From a virus, in IMG/VR virus record IMGVR_UViG_3300045988_185315: a stretch of DNA of 64,000 bases. The stretch is one strand, 5' to 3'. The notes under the pieces are model-generated. The model had not been told where the DNA came from. It did no database searches and was given only the letters and a program-made list of their open reading frames with translations. Positions 17,041 through 25,938 of the stretch are shown here, in pieces. The position numbers were made by a program, and so were the translations under genes. Within the stretch, counting starts at the first letter, position 1. Every line of letters starts with the position of its first letter.

Positions 17041-17745
17041 TCATTGTTTGACCGGTCTCCAAGCAGCAATCCGCGCTATTGCATTCGAGAACGGTATGTC
17101 CTCACACGAACACAACTCGCTTAAAGCCTTAGCCATCCTGGACTCATAGTCAGCCAAAGCCAGGTCGATGGGCGCGTTGATTTCAGCAGAACCATCCGTT
17201 GTTTCCAGAACGGGAGTCCTCGTGCTTTTCCTTTTGACGCTCCAGTTGTTTGCCAGCAAGTAGTCGTACAGTGCATACGGATTAACTGCGCTTATACCTT
17301 CTCTCGATGACAGTATCGTATATGCCCGCTTGTATTTTCTGGTTCTTTCCAAGTCCCTTTCAGTTGGAGTGTGAGGGAGCCTGGTTAAGTCCATATTGCT
17401 GCGCAGGTCCGAGAGCTTTACTTTGACAGCAATCGAATTTTGCTGAATATACCAAAGATATTCAGCATACGATATACCCTTGCTATGGGTCAACGTACTC
17501 ACAGCGTCAGCAACCTCTTTTGGAAACCCCGTTCTGATGTCTTCTATTGTGACGGACGTATCTTCGACTGTATCATGCAGAAATGCCACAGCCTCGGCTA
17601 TTGGGTCACCTTTTACGCCTTCTGCTACAACCGTAACGTGCGCTTTGAAGTAATCCTTCCCCGCCTTGTCTTTTTGCCCGGCATGAGCCTTAACAGCCCA
17701 AGCTCTGGCTTTGGCAACCATCTCAATGTCAGACTGTTTTGTCAT
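17041..17745 (-). CDS. HD-domain protein, RelA/SpoT-like (p)ppGpp hydrolase fold (small alarmone hydrolase-like), 234 aa
   Basis: AVAFLHDTVEDT matches the SpoT/RelA HD-hydrolase signature; only one domain present. Confidence 0.6.
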   Translation of the reverse strand: MTKQSDIEMVAKARAWAVKAHAGQKDKAGKDYFKAHVTVVAEGVKGDPIAEAVAFLHDTVEDTSVTIEDIRTGFPKEVADAVSTLTHSKGISYAEYLWYIQQNSIAVKVKLSDLRSNMDLTRLPHTPTERDLERTRKYKRAYTILSSREGISAVNPYALYDYLLANNWSVKRKSTRTPVLETTDGSAEINAPIDLALADYESRMAKALSELCSCEDIPFSNAIARIAAWRPVKQ

Positions 17746-17814
17746 GGCGTTTCCTCTTAATCTGCTTTTTCTCTAGTATACATAACCCTATTCGATATAG
17801 CAATCTGTTGCCTT

Positions 17815-17852
17815 GTGTTGCTCACAAAAACAAAAAGCCGGGAAACCCCGGC
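17815..17852 (-). terminator. intrinsic terminator after tRNA-Ser (GCCGGGGtttCCCGGC + T-run on minus strand)
   Basis: Minus strand reads gccggggtttcccggc followed by TTTTTGTTTTTG. Confidence 0.6.
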
Positions 17853-17859
17853 AAAAATT

Positions 17860-17948
17860 TGGCGGTCAGAGTGGGATTTGAACCCACGGACGTTTGCGGC
17901 GTCGCTGGTTTTCAAGACCAGTTCCTTAAACCACTCGGACATCTGACC
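17860..17948 (-). tRNA. tRNA-Ser(TGA)
   Basis: Acceptor GGTCAGA/TCTGACC, anticodon stem CTGGT/ACCAG with loop CTTGAAA, long variable arm, T arm GTGGGTTCAAATCCCAC, CCA. Confidence 0.8.
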
Positions 17949-18031
17949 ACAAAAGGATGGGGCGGGACCGAAATCCCGCCCCACAGCAAGGAGAAAAAAC
18001 TATCGATTACCGTTAGTTAGAGGATGGCAAA

Positions 18032-19165
18032 TTAGTGGATGCCCAGGGAAGCGGCATAAGCAGCTTCACGAGCGGCAACCTGTGCCTGCAGAGCAGCGAT
18101 GGAAGCGGCATAAGCGGCTTCACGCTTTTCAGCAGCAGCCTGAGCTTCAGAGGTAGAAGCGTACTGGGGCTCGTTGCCAGCCAGAGTACCAGCATAGCCC
18201 TTGACGCCATCAGCGCCCTTAACAGTCAGGACTTCATGACCACAATGGTCACAGACGTAAACGTTACCCTTGCGGGTCCAGTTGTGATAGCCACAGCTGG
18301 TACAGACGGTGTACTCATTGCCCCAGGTGCCATTGGCAATAGCGGCGGCAATTTCACCGTGCTCAGAGACTTCAACGTTCTTGCGAGGAGCGGTCGGAGT
18401 AGTGGTGGTAGTACCGTTGCCCTTGTTGGAGCCGGTAGAAGTGTTGTCCTTACCGGTGTTGTCCTTATCGGGGGCCACTACGTCGCCCTTGTCATCGGGA
18501 GTGGTGGTGCCGTTGTCACCGGTATTGTCACCAGTGTTGTCGTCCTTATCGTCGGGTTTGGTAACATCACCCTTGTCATCGCCCTTGTTGTCATCCTTGC
18601 CGTCGTCGGGAGTGGATGCAGAAGTGGCTTTCAGGGTCAGGACGTTGTCGTGGATGTCGTCGCCCAGGTAGTAGAACAGGCGGTCATGGTTCAGGCTCTT
18701 GCTGGATGCGGTGTAAGTATCACCGGAATCCGTGGTCCAGGCTTCAACACTCTGACCATCAACACTGCCCGGGAAAGTGGCGGTGTCAGTCTCGGTCAGC
18801 ACCGTGTTGCCGTCAATCTGGTAGTTGATGGTGATGGAACGCGGATTGCCCTCAGCCGCATAGCAGGAAGTGATGCCGTCAGCGGTGAACCACTGGTCAA
18901 CTGCATCGTACGGCAGAGTGTCGCCGGGATAGTAGTTGTAGGTATACCCGCCATGGCCTTGCAGGGTAATCCAGTAGCCGTAGTCATACTGACTTGCCGG
19001 GAACGTCATAGAGCCGCCCGGAGCCAGGTCCTGGGAAGAACCATTGCTGAAAGAGAAATGGTAGGTGTCACCGGTGGCTGCGAACGCTGCGACAGGCAGA
19101 CAAGTTGCCATCATACCGGCTGCTGCAATCCCTGCGATTGCTTTCATGATTTTCTGATTGCTCAT
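18032..19165 (-). CDS. secreted protein with signal peptide, Asp/Lys/Thr low-complexity linker and C-terminal zinc-ribbon (377 aa)
   Basis: N-terminal MSNQKIMKAIAGIAAAGMMATCLPVAAFA signal peptide; KDDNKGDDKGD repeats; CTSCG…CDHCGHE. Confidence 0.65.
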   Translation of the reverse strand: MSNQKIMKAIAGIAAAGMMATCLPVAAFAATGDTYHFSFSNGSSQDLAPGGSMTFPASQYDYGYWITLQGHGGYTYNYYPGDTLPYDAVDQWFTADGITSCYAAEGNPRSITINYQIDGNTVLTETDTATFPGSVDGQSVEAWTTDSGDTYTASSKSLNHDRLFYYLGDDIHDNVLTLKATSASTPDDGKDDNKGDDKGDVTKPDDKDDNTGDNTGDNGTTTPDDKGDVVAPDKDNTGKDNTSTGSNKGNGTTTTTPTAPRKNVEVSEHGEIAAAIANGTWGNEYTVCTSCGYHNWTRKGNVYVCDHCGHEVLTVKGADGVKGYAGTLAGNEPQYASTSEAQAAAEKREAAYAASIAALQAQVAAREAAYAASLGIH

Positions 19166-19261
19166 GCTGTGTACTCCTTTGTTCTTTTAATTTTTTTGTG
19201 ATTATCTATCTGCATTTATTCAGATACCGATTTAAGGAGAAATCAGCCGCAGCTTTGCTGC

Positions 19262-19307
19262 GTTGCCCACCATCCGCCGCGTGGAGGCTTTCTCATGGAT
19301 GGTTGAC
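19262..19307. repeat. hairpin element R1 of the GCCGCGTGGAGGC family (stem CCATCC/GGATGG)
   Basis: gttgcccaCCATCCgccgcgtggaggctttctcatGGATGGttgac; relatives at 21076, 57531, 20848 with covarying stems. Confidence 0.55.
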
Positions 19308-19527
19308 GAAGCAGATATGTGCTTCGCCAGTGCCGCAACCGTCTTCGCCACTCGACACAATTTCGGTTTGAATTTATCCCCGTAAAATCGCATGTCCATG
19401 CTGCGCGGAGAGGATAAAATTCTTCGTGGTATGGTTTCGGAGTTCCGCGCCTGATTGGCCGTACTACACGCAATGCAGTACAATACCCCAGATACCTTTG
19501 GCGGAAGGAAGCGAAAGGGTGTCTGGA

Positions 19528-19603
19528 TGGAGAAGGGAGATGGCCTCGAACCATCGATACCCTGCTTTGCGGCAGGTGCTTTATCCAGCTAAGCTATCCC
19601 TCC
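19528..19603 (-). tRNA. tRNA-Cys(GCA)-like with U73 discriminator and an apparent 6-nt anticodon loop (CGCAAA)
   Basis: Acceptor GGAGGGA/TCCCTTC, D arm GCTTAGCTGGATAAAGC, T arm GATGGTTCGAGGCCATC, TCCA 3' end; the anticodon arm is 16 nt rather than 17. Confidence 0.55.
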
Positions 19604-19633
19604 ATGATGGCGGGTCAAGCCCGCCAAATAGCG

Positions 19634-20017
19634 TTACGCAAACTGGAAGTCGCCGTACTGAGTCACGGCGCGTTCCAGGCGCAGAGGAATGGTTTTTGTG
19701 CTCTTCTGAGTGATGTCCTCGCGTGCTACCTGAGCTTCACTCACGCCAGCCGCCTGCAGGACTTCATACAGATTGGAAGGACCAGTACCAGCATAACCAC
19801 AGGTCAAGCCATTAACCTGAAGCGTGAAGCCGTGCAGATGCGGTGCCAAACCGGGAACGAAATCGAGTTCAACAATGACCTCGTCGCTCTTGTCGTTTAC
19901 ACGGTTGACAGCGATGGCGCGGATGTTCCGGTTGCCAAACATTTCAATCAGCTTTTTTGCCGCTGCAGCGGTTTCTATGGTAGTCGTACCTTCAACATTG
20001 ATAATTGCCTGTTCCAT
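19634..20017 (-). CDS. hypothetical protein (127 aa) between two tRNA genes
   Basis: Start set at ATGGAACAG with a GGAAGGAG site upstream; the longer track ORF would run through tRNA-Thr. Confidence 0.5.
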   Translation of the reverse strand: MEQAIINVEGTTTIETAAAAKKLIEMFGNRNIRAIAVNRVNDKSDEVIVELDFVPGLAPHLHGFTLQVNGLTCGYAGTGPSNLYEVLQAAGVSEAQVAREDITQKSTKTIPLRLERAVTQYGDFQFA

Positions 20018-20055
20018 AGAATTCATCTCCTTCCTATTATCGCTTAATTTGGTGA

Positions 20056-20131
20056 TGGGGCTTGATGGCAGGTTCGAACTGCCGACCTGCACGTTACGAA
20101 TGCGCTGCTCTACCAACTGAGCTAATCAGGC
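20056..20131 (-). tRNA. tRNA-Thr(CGT)
   Basis: Acceptor GCCTGAT/ATCAAGC (one C·A mismatch), loop TTCGTAA, T arm GGCAGTTCGAACCTGCC, CCA. Confidence 0.6.
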
Positions 20132-20409
20132 ATGTTAGGATGTTTTATACTGGTTATCATCCCGCAATCAGGGCAGCCAACCCTTTCTTCCAGTACCATT
20201 CAGCAGCCACGCCGACGGATTCTGTATTGTACCCTCCCCGCCGTTTTCCGGCCTCATTCGCGACTGACACCGGGACTCTCGGATACTCTCAGGCACAGCA
20301 CCTGTTTGTCTATTATTTTTGAGGCTGTCTCATCGACATTCGGACAGCGGACCACAAGTGGACCATGCTCACCAAGTTTAACGTCGTGGCGTACGGTGAC
20401 GGCGACGTG

Positions 20410-20484
20410 TGGAGCAAGTAGCGGGGGTCGAACCCGCGTCTCCGCCTTGGAGGGGCGGAGTATTAGCCGTTATACGATACCTGC
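20410..20484 (-). tRNA. tRNA-Gly(TCC) with C33 (loop CCTCCAA), discriminator U
   Basis: GCAGGTATCGTATAACGGCTAATAC…, anticodon stem TCCGCC/GGCGGA, T arm GCGGGTTCGACCCCCGC, TCCA end. Confidence 0.7.
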
Positions 20485-20847
20485 ATAAGATTGCGGGTGA
20501 ACCCTCACTTAGCCCCGCCATGACATCCGTTTAGTAGGTCGTCATCCCCGGATGTCATCTTCACACCACCTGACAATCTTGCGAACCTCATCGTTGACGA
20601 TACGCGAGAATCCAAGAAAGCGCTTGGGTGTTGGTCAACTTCAAATTTTGAGCCCTGTCGTTGATTCCCTGTCAAATCGGGTTAACGGTTGTCGTTGGGC
20701 TGTGTGTGAGACTGCGGCGAAACTTACCAGTTGCCGTGCAGCAATCTCGCCTTTACGGCTGTGTCGCGTCTGGATGCGCCCCGACTTGACGGGGATGCTC
20801 GTACGTTTGCATGCTTCTAAGACATTCGTCAGCAGCCGCAAGAGCCG

Positions 20848-20901
20848 CTGTCCGCCACCCGCCACGAGGAGGCCGCCTTAATGGGTGGCATGCTGTCCGC
20901 C
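20848..20901. repeat. variant hairpin element R4 (loop GCCACGAGGAGGCCGCC, stem CCACCC/GGGTGG) flanked by direct GCTGTCCGCC
   Basis: Related to R1-R3 by the GGAGGC-containing loop and paired flanks. Confidence 0.4.
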
Positions 20902-20957
20902 AGATGTTGTGTATAGCATCGTATCATGTGATTTCGATACATCCAACGGATAGCGTC

Positions 20958-21033
20958 TGGAGCTGGAAATCGGACTTGAACCGATGACCGACTGATTACA
21001 AATCAGTTGCTCTACCAGCTGAGCTAAACCAGC
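20958..21033 (-). tRNA. tRNA-Thr(TGT) with two T·T mismatches at the base of the acceptor stem
   Basis: GCTGGTTTAGCTCAGCTGGTAGAGC…, anticodon stem ACTGA/TCAGT with loop TTTGTAA, T arm ATCGGTTCAAGTCCGAT, TCCA. Confidence 0.6.
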
Positions 21034-21075
21034 AAATACAAACATTAGCCAGATGCCCGGAACACGGAAACATCT

Positions 21076-21120
21076 GTTGCCCACCGTCCGCCGCGTGGAG
21101 GCTGTTTGCTTGGACGGCTG
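21076..21120. repeat. hairpin element R2 of the GCCGCGTGGAGGC family (stem CCGTCC/GGACGG) followed by GGCGCGGagttaCCCGCGCC hairpin
   Basis: Stem differs from R1 by paired A/T to G/C changes. Confidence 0.55.
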
Positions 21121-21405
21121 GCGCGGAGTTACCCGCGCCAAATGGGAAATAAAGAGGTATGAAAGGAAGGATATTACTATGAAACGGATGATTTTCACGC
21201 TTCACCTGTGTCAGCTCAAATGAAGCCATGCGACCAAGATTGGGGGAAGGAAAACCTTGATGTCTCAGGAGCCGTTCCTCTTCCTGAGAACAATTGTATT
21301 ATACCATATATGTGGTATCCGGTCAATGAAAAGACACAATATATAGTGTCTAAATTGTAAACAAACATTAAGATACCACTATATCTAGTGGTTGGGGCAA
21401 GCGCA

Positions 21406-22299
21406 TCAAAAATGCCTTGTGGTTCCGGCAGATTGCAGGAAAGTCAGCAAATCCTGCGTTGAACTTACCCGGCAGACCGTCGCCCCACTCTTGGCGTACA
21501 GGTCGGCGATTGAGTCCCCTTGTCCCCACTTGTTCAGCGGGTCGGGATTCAGAACGAAGAAGTTGGATGCCCGCTTAGAGAGCCATTCGACCTCTTCCAC
21601 GCCAGAATAGTTCTTGTTATTTCGGCAGTCCCCCAGCATGACAATAGTGGTATCCTTGTTGATGATGCCGGTATTGTTGTAGCGCAGTTCTTTGAGAGGC
21701 ACACCGTAGTTCGAGTAGATACCTCGGCTTGGAACGCTCTTGTTGATGCTCTCCACAGCGGATGTTACGTTCTCATTTGAGAAATAACGGTCAACAGGAA
21801 CTAAGTGGTTCACAAAAACGAACAGGTGGCAGCCACCGGGAAATACTTCCCTCATCAGACCCATGTACGTCAGAGCGAGAGAAGTCATAGCGCGGCATGA
21901 CCCGGAAATATCCGCCAGCATCACGACATTTGCTTTGGACTTTATCGGCTTTTTGTAGTACAGTCGTGCAATCTCGCCATCACACTGGACGGATTTCTCA
22001 ATCGTTTTTTTGACGTCGATTTGCTTTTTCTGCTGGGTTATGTACAGCTTACAAAGCTTTTGGCGGAAAGTCTCGGCGTTTGTGCGGATAAAAGTGAGGA
22101 CCTTCTCAATATTGGCATTAGAGAGCTTCGAGACATCCTCGTTGAGAAGTGCATCCGTTTGCTTTTTGCTTCTTACCGCATTATGACCTCCGGAGAATAC
22201 TTCTCGATGTCGGAGCGACTGCTCCTTCTCAATGCTTTGCATTTGCTTCTCTTGCTGGGCTTTCCGAATGTTCGTAAGAATTGCATCGTAAGAAGTCAC
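21406..22299 (-). CDS. von Willebrand factor A (vWA) domain protein, CoxE/VWA-like (297 aa)
   Basis: MIDAS-like VMLADISGSCR, later SNYGV and TTIVMLGDCRNN blocks typical of a vWA fold. Confidence 0.65.
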   Translation of the reverse strand: MTSYDAILTNIRKAQQEKQMQSIEKEQSLRHREVFSGGHNAVRSKKQTDALLNEDVSKLSNANIEKVLTFIRTNAETFRQKLCKLYITQQKKQIDVKKTIEKSVQCDGEIARLYYKKPIKSKANVVMLADISGSCRAMTSLALTYMGLMREVFPGGCHLFVFVNHLVPVDRYFSNENVTSAVESINKSVPSRGIYSNYGVPLKELRYNNTGIINKDTTIVMLGDCRNNKNYSGVEEVEWLSKRASNFFVLNPDPLNKWGQGDSIADLYAKSGATVCRVSSTQDLLTFLQSAGTTRHF

Positions 22300-22445
22300 T
22301 CTCTTTTCGCGAGTGCGAACGATTGCGGTGCTTCCTCAAAGGAAGTGATTACTTTTGGTTCACCGCTCATGCTTTCACCCAATTGACATTCTCCCCACAG
22401 CTAAACTCGATAAAGCACCTTTTTGCCAATACTCTTTAATGCAAC

Positions 22446-23258
22446 CTAGTGGACAGTGGTGTGACCATCCACATCCACACCGACGCAATACGCATCGACA
22501 TAGTCATTGTTGGTTACCTCCATTTCGTTGAGCTTTTTGAGCCATTTCGTTTTGACGATGTGTTCCAAGTAATCCGCATTATATTTGGGATTCGATGAAA
22601 TCACAGAGAACGGTCTACCAAGCTCTTTCTCTCTCAATTCTTCCGTTTCCCGCATTTTTTCAAGCATATACCGGAAATTTTCGGGGTAGTATTTATAGAG
22701 ATAGGCAAAGTTAAGAAACGAGGACATCGGGCAATACATACAACCGCAGCGCTTGTTGGTTTTGTAGTAGTTGTTGAAAATAGGCTGTGTCTTTGCCCAT
22801 TCCAAAATCACATCTTCGTTAATGCCGTTTTCTGCGAGAGGGTATATCTCTAACTTTTTGGCACTCAACCGCTTGTTGAAACGGCGTTCTTCGTCGGCAC
22901 AATAGCCTATGTAATTTACTACATAAAAACCGACTTCGTTCAGCCATTCGGATAGTTGCCGCTTTGCATCAAGTTTATAGTGACCGTTACACCATCTTAC
23001 TTTTCTTGTTGGGAAACCGCATTTATCATACAATTCTTCCCACGTTTTCCTCGGCTTGATTCGCACAAATTGGATGCCAGCTCGCTTGCACTCCGTTTCC
23101 ATATAGTCGATAACGTTATGTATAAACGGGTAGTCGATTTCGAGTTCAAAGTGAACCACGCCGTCAAGCGGGTATCTGTCCAGATTGTGCAGTATGTAAT
23201 TGAGCATATACAGGCTATCTTTTCCGCCAGATACGCTTGCCCAGTATGATGGGCGCAA
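22446..23258 (-). CDS. PAPS-reductase-family PP-loop ATP-pyrophosphatase-like protein (270 aa)
   Basis: WASVSGGKDSLYML PP-loop motif; C-terminal Cys cluster KRCGCMYCP. Confidence 0.65.
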   Translation of the reverse strand: MRPSYWASVSGGKDSLYMLNYILHNLDRYPLDGVVHFELEIDYPFIHNVIDYMETECKRAGIQFVRIKPRKTWEELYDKCGFPTRKVRWCNGHYKLDAKRQLSEWLNEVGFYVVNYIGYCADEERRFNKRLSAKKLEIYPLAENGINEDVILEWAKTQPIFNNYYKTNKRCGCMYCPMSSFLNFAYLYKYYPENFRYMLEKMRETEELREKELGRPFSVISSNPKYNADYLEHIVKTKWLKKLNEMEVTNNDYVDAYCVGVDVDGHTTVH

Positions 23259-23277
23259 TGCAATTGCTTTGTCTGCG

Positions 23278-23475
23278 TTAGTTATCGTTCGTTACCTCCG
23301 TTCTGTGATTCCACAACTCAATCGCGTCCTGTTCGTTTTTTATGAGGACAGTTCCGATGCGGCAGTAGTTGCACCGCACTGCATACATGCCTTCATAGCT
23401 TGCATATAACCCGGCTGTAGAACCACAGAACGGGCAAGGCTTTAGTTCGATATCATCATCAATAAACGTTACCAT
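23278..23475 (-). CDS. Lar-family restriction-alleviation protein (65 aa)
   Basis: LKPCPFCGS…CNYC zinc-ribbon signature of the Lar family. Confidence 0.6.
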   Translation of the reverse strand: MVTFIDDDIELKPCPFCGSTAGLYASYEGMYAVRCNYCRIGTVLIKNEQDAIELWNHRTEVTNDN

Positions 23476-23649
23476 TGTCGGTTACCTCCGTGAGCCAGTA
23501 GTCTTTGCGGCACTCTCGATAAAAAAGCCCACACTGAACTGGGTAGAACTTCTTATTTTGATTTTCTTAGATGTGTGGGAACACCTCATATACGCTGACA
23601 TACAGCATCCCCGGCTTATAATCCGCATATTCTACCGGACGCTTCTGGT

Positions 23650-23790
23650 CGTAGGCTTTGACATTGACACACTCCCACGATTAAAATCGTGGGATTCTAC
23701 TTCAACGAGGCCGCTGGCTGACCCAGTCTTACGCCTCTCGGTAACGGCATGGTGCCCCATCCGTGAGAGTATTTTTACGCAGGGTAGCCC
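23650..23790 (-). ncRNA. putative TnpB-associated omegaRNA/right-end RNA overlapping the tnpB 3' end and right-end hairpin
   Basis: In established IS605 biology the omegaRNA derives from the tnpB 3' end plus the right end; here a 75-nt structured stretch plus hairpin lies there. No sequence-level confirmation. Confidence 0.3.
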
Positions 23791-24896
23791 GTTTGAGTTA
23801 ATCCCATACGGCATATATTGATAGCTGCATTGACGTCTCTTTCGTGGTGCGTGCCGCAAGATGGGCAATCCCACTGCCGCTGCTTGAGTGTGAGCTTCGG
23901 GTAGATGTACCCGCAGCGACTGCAGCACTTGCTGGATGGCGCAAAGCGGTCGATTTTCACAATCTCTGTGCCGCAGTTGGATGCCGCCCACTCGAGAATT
24001 TGAACAAACTCACCGAACGCAATATCATTGATTTTGCGTCCCCAGAGTTTTTGCATCCCCGCAAGATTTAAGTCTTCAATGCAGATGATGGCATAATCTC
24101 CAATCAGCTGATAGGCAGTCTTGAAGAACCAGTCGGTGCGTTGATTACACATCTTTCGATAGATGCGGTTTAACTCCTTGATAGCTTTCTTGCGGTTATT
24201 ACTACCTGCCTTGCAGCGTGAAATGTGACGTTGTATGGTCTTCAGCGCTTTCAGGGAGGCTTTATACCATTGAGGAGAATCTATCACACTGCCGTCATCC
24301 AGGTTGAGGAAACGCTTTAAGCCGAAATCCATCCCGACAGCTTTACCTGCTCGTGGAAGGACTTCATTGCATTCTTCCTGCGTGACGGCAAAAATATAGA
24401 TGTCGCTCAAATTGTCGCGCTTGACGGTTAAGGTTTTCACTTTACCTTTCAATGGCCGAGAGTCAAAATACCGATACCTTTTGCCATTGATGGTGACACC
24501 GCCTTTGCCGTCAAACTTATAGCCTGCCTGTTTGAGCGTGAAACTTTTATACATCTCGCGCTTCTTAAATTTTGGCAGCGACTTCTTGGTAGGATGCGCC
24601 TTTTTCTTATTATCAAAATAGGCTTTATAGGCGCGGTCAACGCGCTCCACCACATCCTGAATAGCTTGGCTGCCAAGATTATGCCAGTGACCCCACTTGC
24701 GGCGCTTGCAGATTTTAGCAATGTACTTTTTCAAATCATTGGCTTTAAGCGTTTTGCCATAGACCAAATAGTACATACGCCGCATAGCAATGCAAAAATT
24801 CCAAATCTCGGAGGCAAGTTCAATCTGGCGCACCAGGTATCTGTTCTTTTTACTGTTGTACAGCTTATACTTGTAAGTTTTAACAACCAGACGCAT
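23775..24896 (-). CDS. tnpB: TnpB (IS605 OrfB family RNA-guided RuvC nuclease), 373 aa
   Basis: RuvC blocks GMDFGLKRF, IICIEDLN, zinc finger CSRCG…CPSCG, HERDVNAAINI. Confidence 0.85.
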   Translation of the reverse strand: MRLVVKTYKYKLYNSKKNRYLVRQIELASEIWNFCIAMRRMYYLVYGKTLKANDLKKYIAKICKRRKWGHWHNLGSQAIQDVVERVDRAYKAYFDNKKKAHPTKKSLPKFKKREMYKSFTLKQAGYKFDGKGGVTINGKRYRYFDSRPLKGKVKTLTVKRDNLSDIYIFAVTQEECNEVLPRAGKAVGMDFGLKRFLNLDDGSVIDSPQWYKASLKALKTIQRHISRCKAGSNNRKKAIKELNRIYRKMCNQRTDWFFKTAYQLIGDYAIICIEDLNLAGMQKLWGRKINDIAFGEFVQILEWAASNCGTEIVKIDRFAPSSKCCSRCGYIYPKLTLKQRQWDCPSCGTHHERDVNAAINICRMGLTQTGYPA

Positions 24897-24933
24897 GAGT
24901 AGTAGCCTCCTTTTCTTTAGAATCTACTATCTA

Positions 24934-24966
24934 TGGTACGCAATTCGCACGCTTTGACAGCAAAAA
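24934..24966 (-). promoter_or_regulatory. promoter of the conserved family upstream of tnpB (TGTCAA-N15-TACCAT)
   Basis: Reverse complement ttgctgTCAAAGCGTGCGAATTGCGTACCAT. Confidence 0.4.
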
Positions 24967-25235
24967 AATGCTGTCCATCTTGCGGATATGCAGCGTGAAT
25001 TGATTCGTTCTTAACGCCTTTCATCCCACGACTAAAGTCGTGGGTTTTCCCGGCTTGTTTTTATAAAATCGACGTGAGTTTTGAACTTCTGCTCGTCACC
25101 TCCACGATGCGCTTCAATGAGTTTCCCAATCGTGACAACGTTGATTTGGTTCATGCTTTTTTCCTCTCTTTCTACTACAATTATACTCTTCCGCTGAACT
25201 GAAATGTGATTTTTTGTCGATTGTTAGCGGAAAAT

Positions 25236-25934
25236 TCATAATTTGAAAGGGCAAAAGCTGAACGTTGGGACGTCTGAATCCGGGTTCTCAACCTGGTATT
25301 TAATGACTCTTTTTTGCGCCCCTAAAGCCTTGTATGTCTGCTCAGCATTCACGCATAAGCCGTTGGCAAAGAAGAGAGTGGAACCATTGCGTTCACTGAT
25401 ATTTTCGGCAGAATACATTTTTGGCTTTCTGATTCCGGGGTCGAGATGGATTCCACCGCGCATCAGCTTTTCAGCATAGAACCAGACATCAACGCGGGAG
25501 AAAATGTAAAGCAGCTGCGTGGTTCTGAAATAATAGAGAATCTGGTCCGCACCACTCCTGTATACCCAGCCCGGGGTGTGCCATAAAGGGTCGATGCCAT
25601 CCCGATACCGCCGCGCTACCCGTTGTTCGTTCAGAGCGTCAGGCACCATGGAGAAGTAGTCCACCGAGGTTTCCAGGTAGAAATTTCCGGTATTGTGACT
25701 GTCCACTTTCGCTTCCAGGCCAAAGGTCTTACCATTCTTCTTCCAGACAATGAAATCGGTATCTTTGTCTTGATATGATTTATCCTGAGTCACGTCATCG
25801 TAATGGCTAATGCCATGATTCACTTTGATAATCGGGTCGTTAAGGAATTTGCGAGCCAAGTCTTCTCCGAATTTTCCCTCATCGAGTTGCTTGGACATCT
25901 TAAACTGACGAGGGCTTTCTTCCCAGGCTATCAT
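25236..25934 (-). CDS. hypothetical protein (232 aa), probably translationally coupled to the AAA+ gene
   Basis: Start chosen at the ATG 4 nt after the AAA+ stop; the upstream part of the track ORF overlaps the AAA+ gene. Confidence 0.45.
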   Translation of the reverse strand: MIAWEESPRQFKMSKQLDEGKFGEDLARKFLNDPIIKVNHGISHYDDVTQDKSYQDKDTDFIVWKKNGKTFGLEAKVDSHNTGNFYLETSVDYFSMVPDALNEQRVARRYRDGIDPLWHTPGWVYRSGADQILYYFRTTQLLYIFSRVDVWFYAEKLMRGGIHLDPGIRKPKMYSAENISERNGSTLFFANGLCVNAEQTYKALGAQKRVIKYQVENPDSDVPTFSFCPFKL

Positions 25935-25938
25935 ACTT

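Larger units (their letters stand above)
23650..25060 (-). mobile_element. IS200/IS605-family tnpB-only element (IS1341-like), about 1.4 kb, inserted between the AAA+ and Lar genes
   Basis: tnpB flanked by CCCACGA(C/T)T(A/T)AA(G/A)TCGTGGG hairpins at 25021-25043 (left end) and 23676-23700 (right end). Confidence 0.65.

Noticed and set aside
18035-19201. 388-aa plus-strand ORF antisense to the secreted-protein gene
   Set aside because: Repetitive Val/Gly/Ser translation typical of the reverse strand of a low-complexity gene; no ribosome-binding site; the minus-strand gene has a signal peptide and coherent domains.
20390-20490. tmRNA
   Set aside because: The only tRNA-like 3' domain there is a complete canonical tRNA-Gly with anticodon arm; no tag-peptide reading frame or tmRNA 5' acceptor half.
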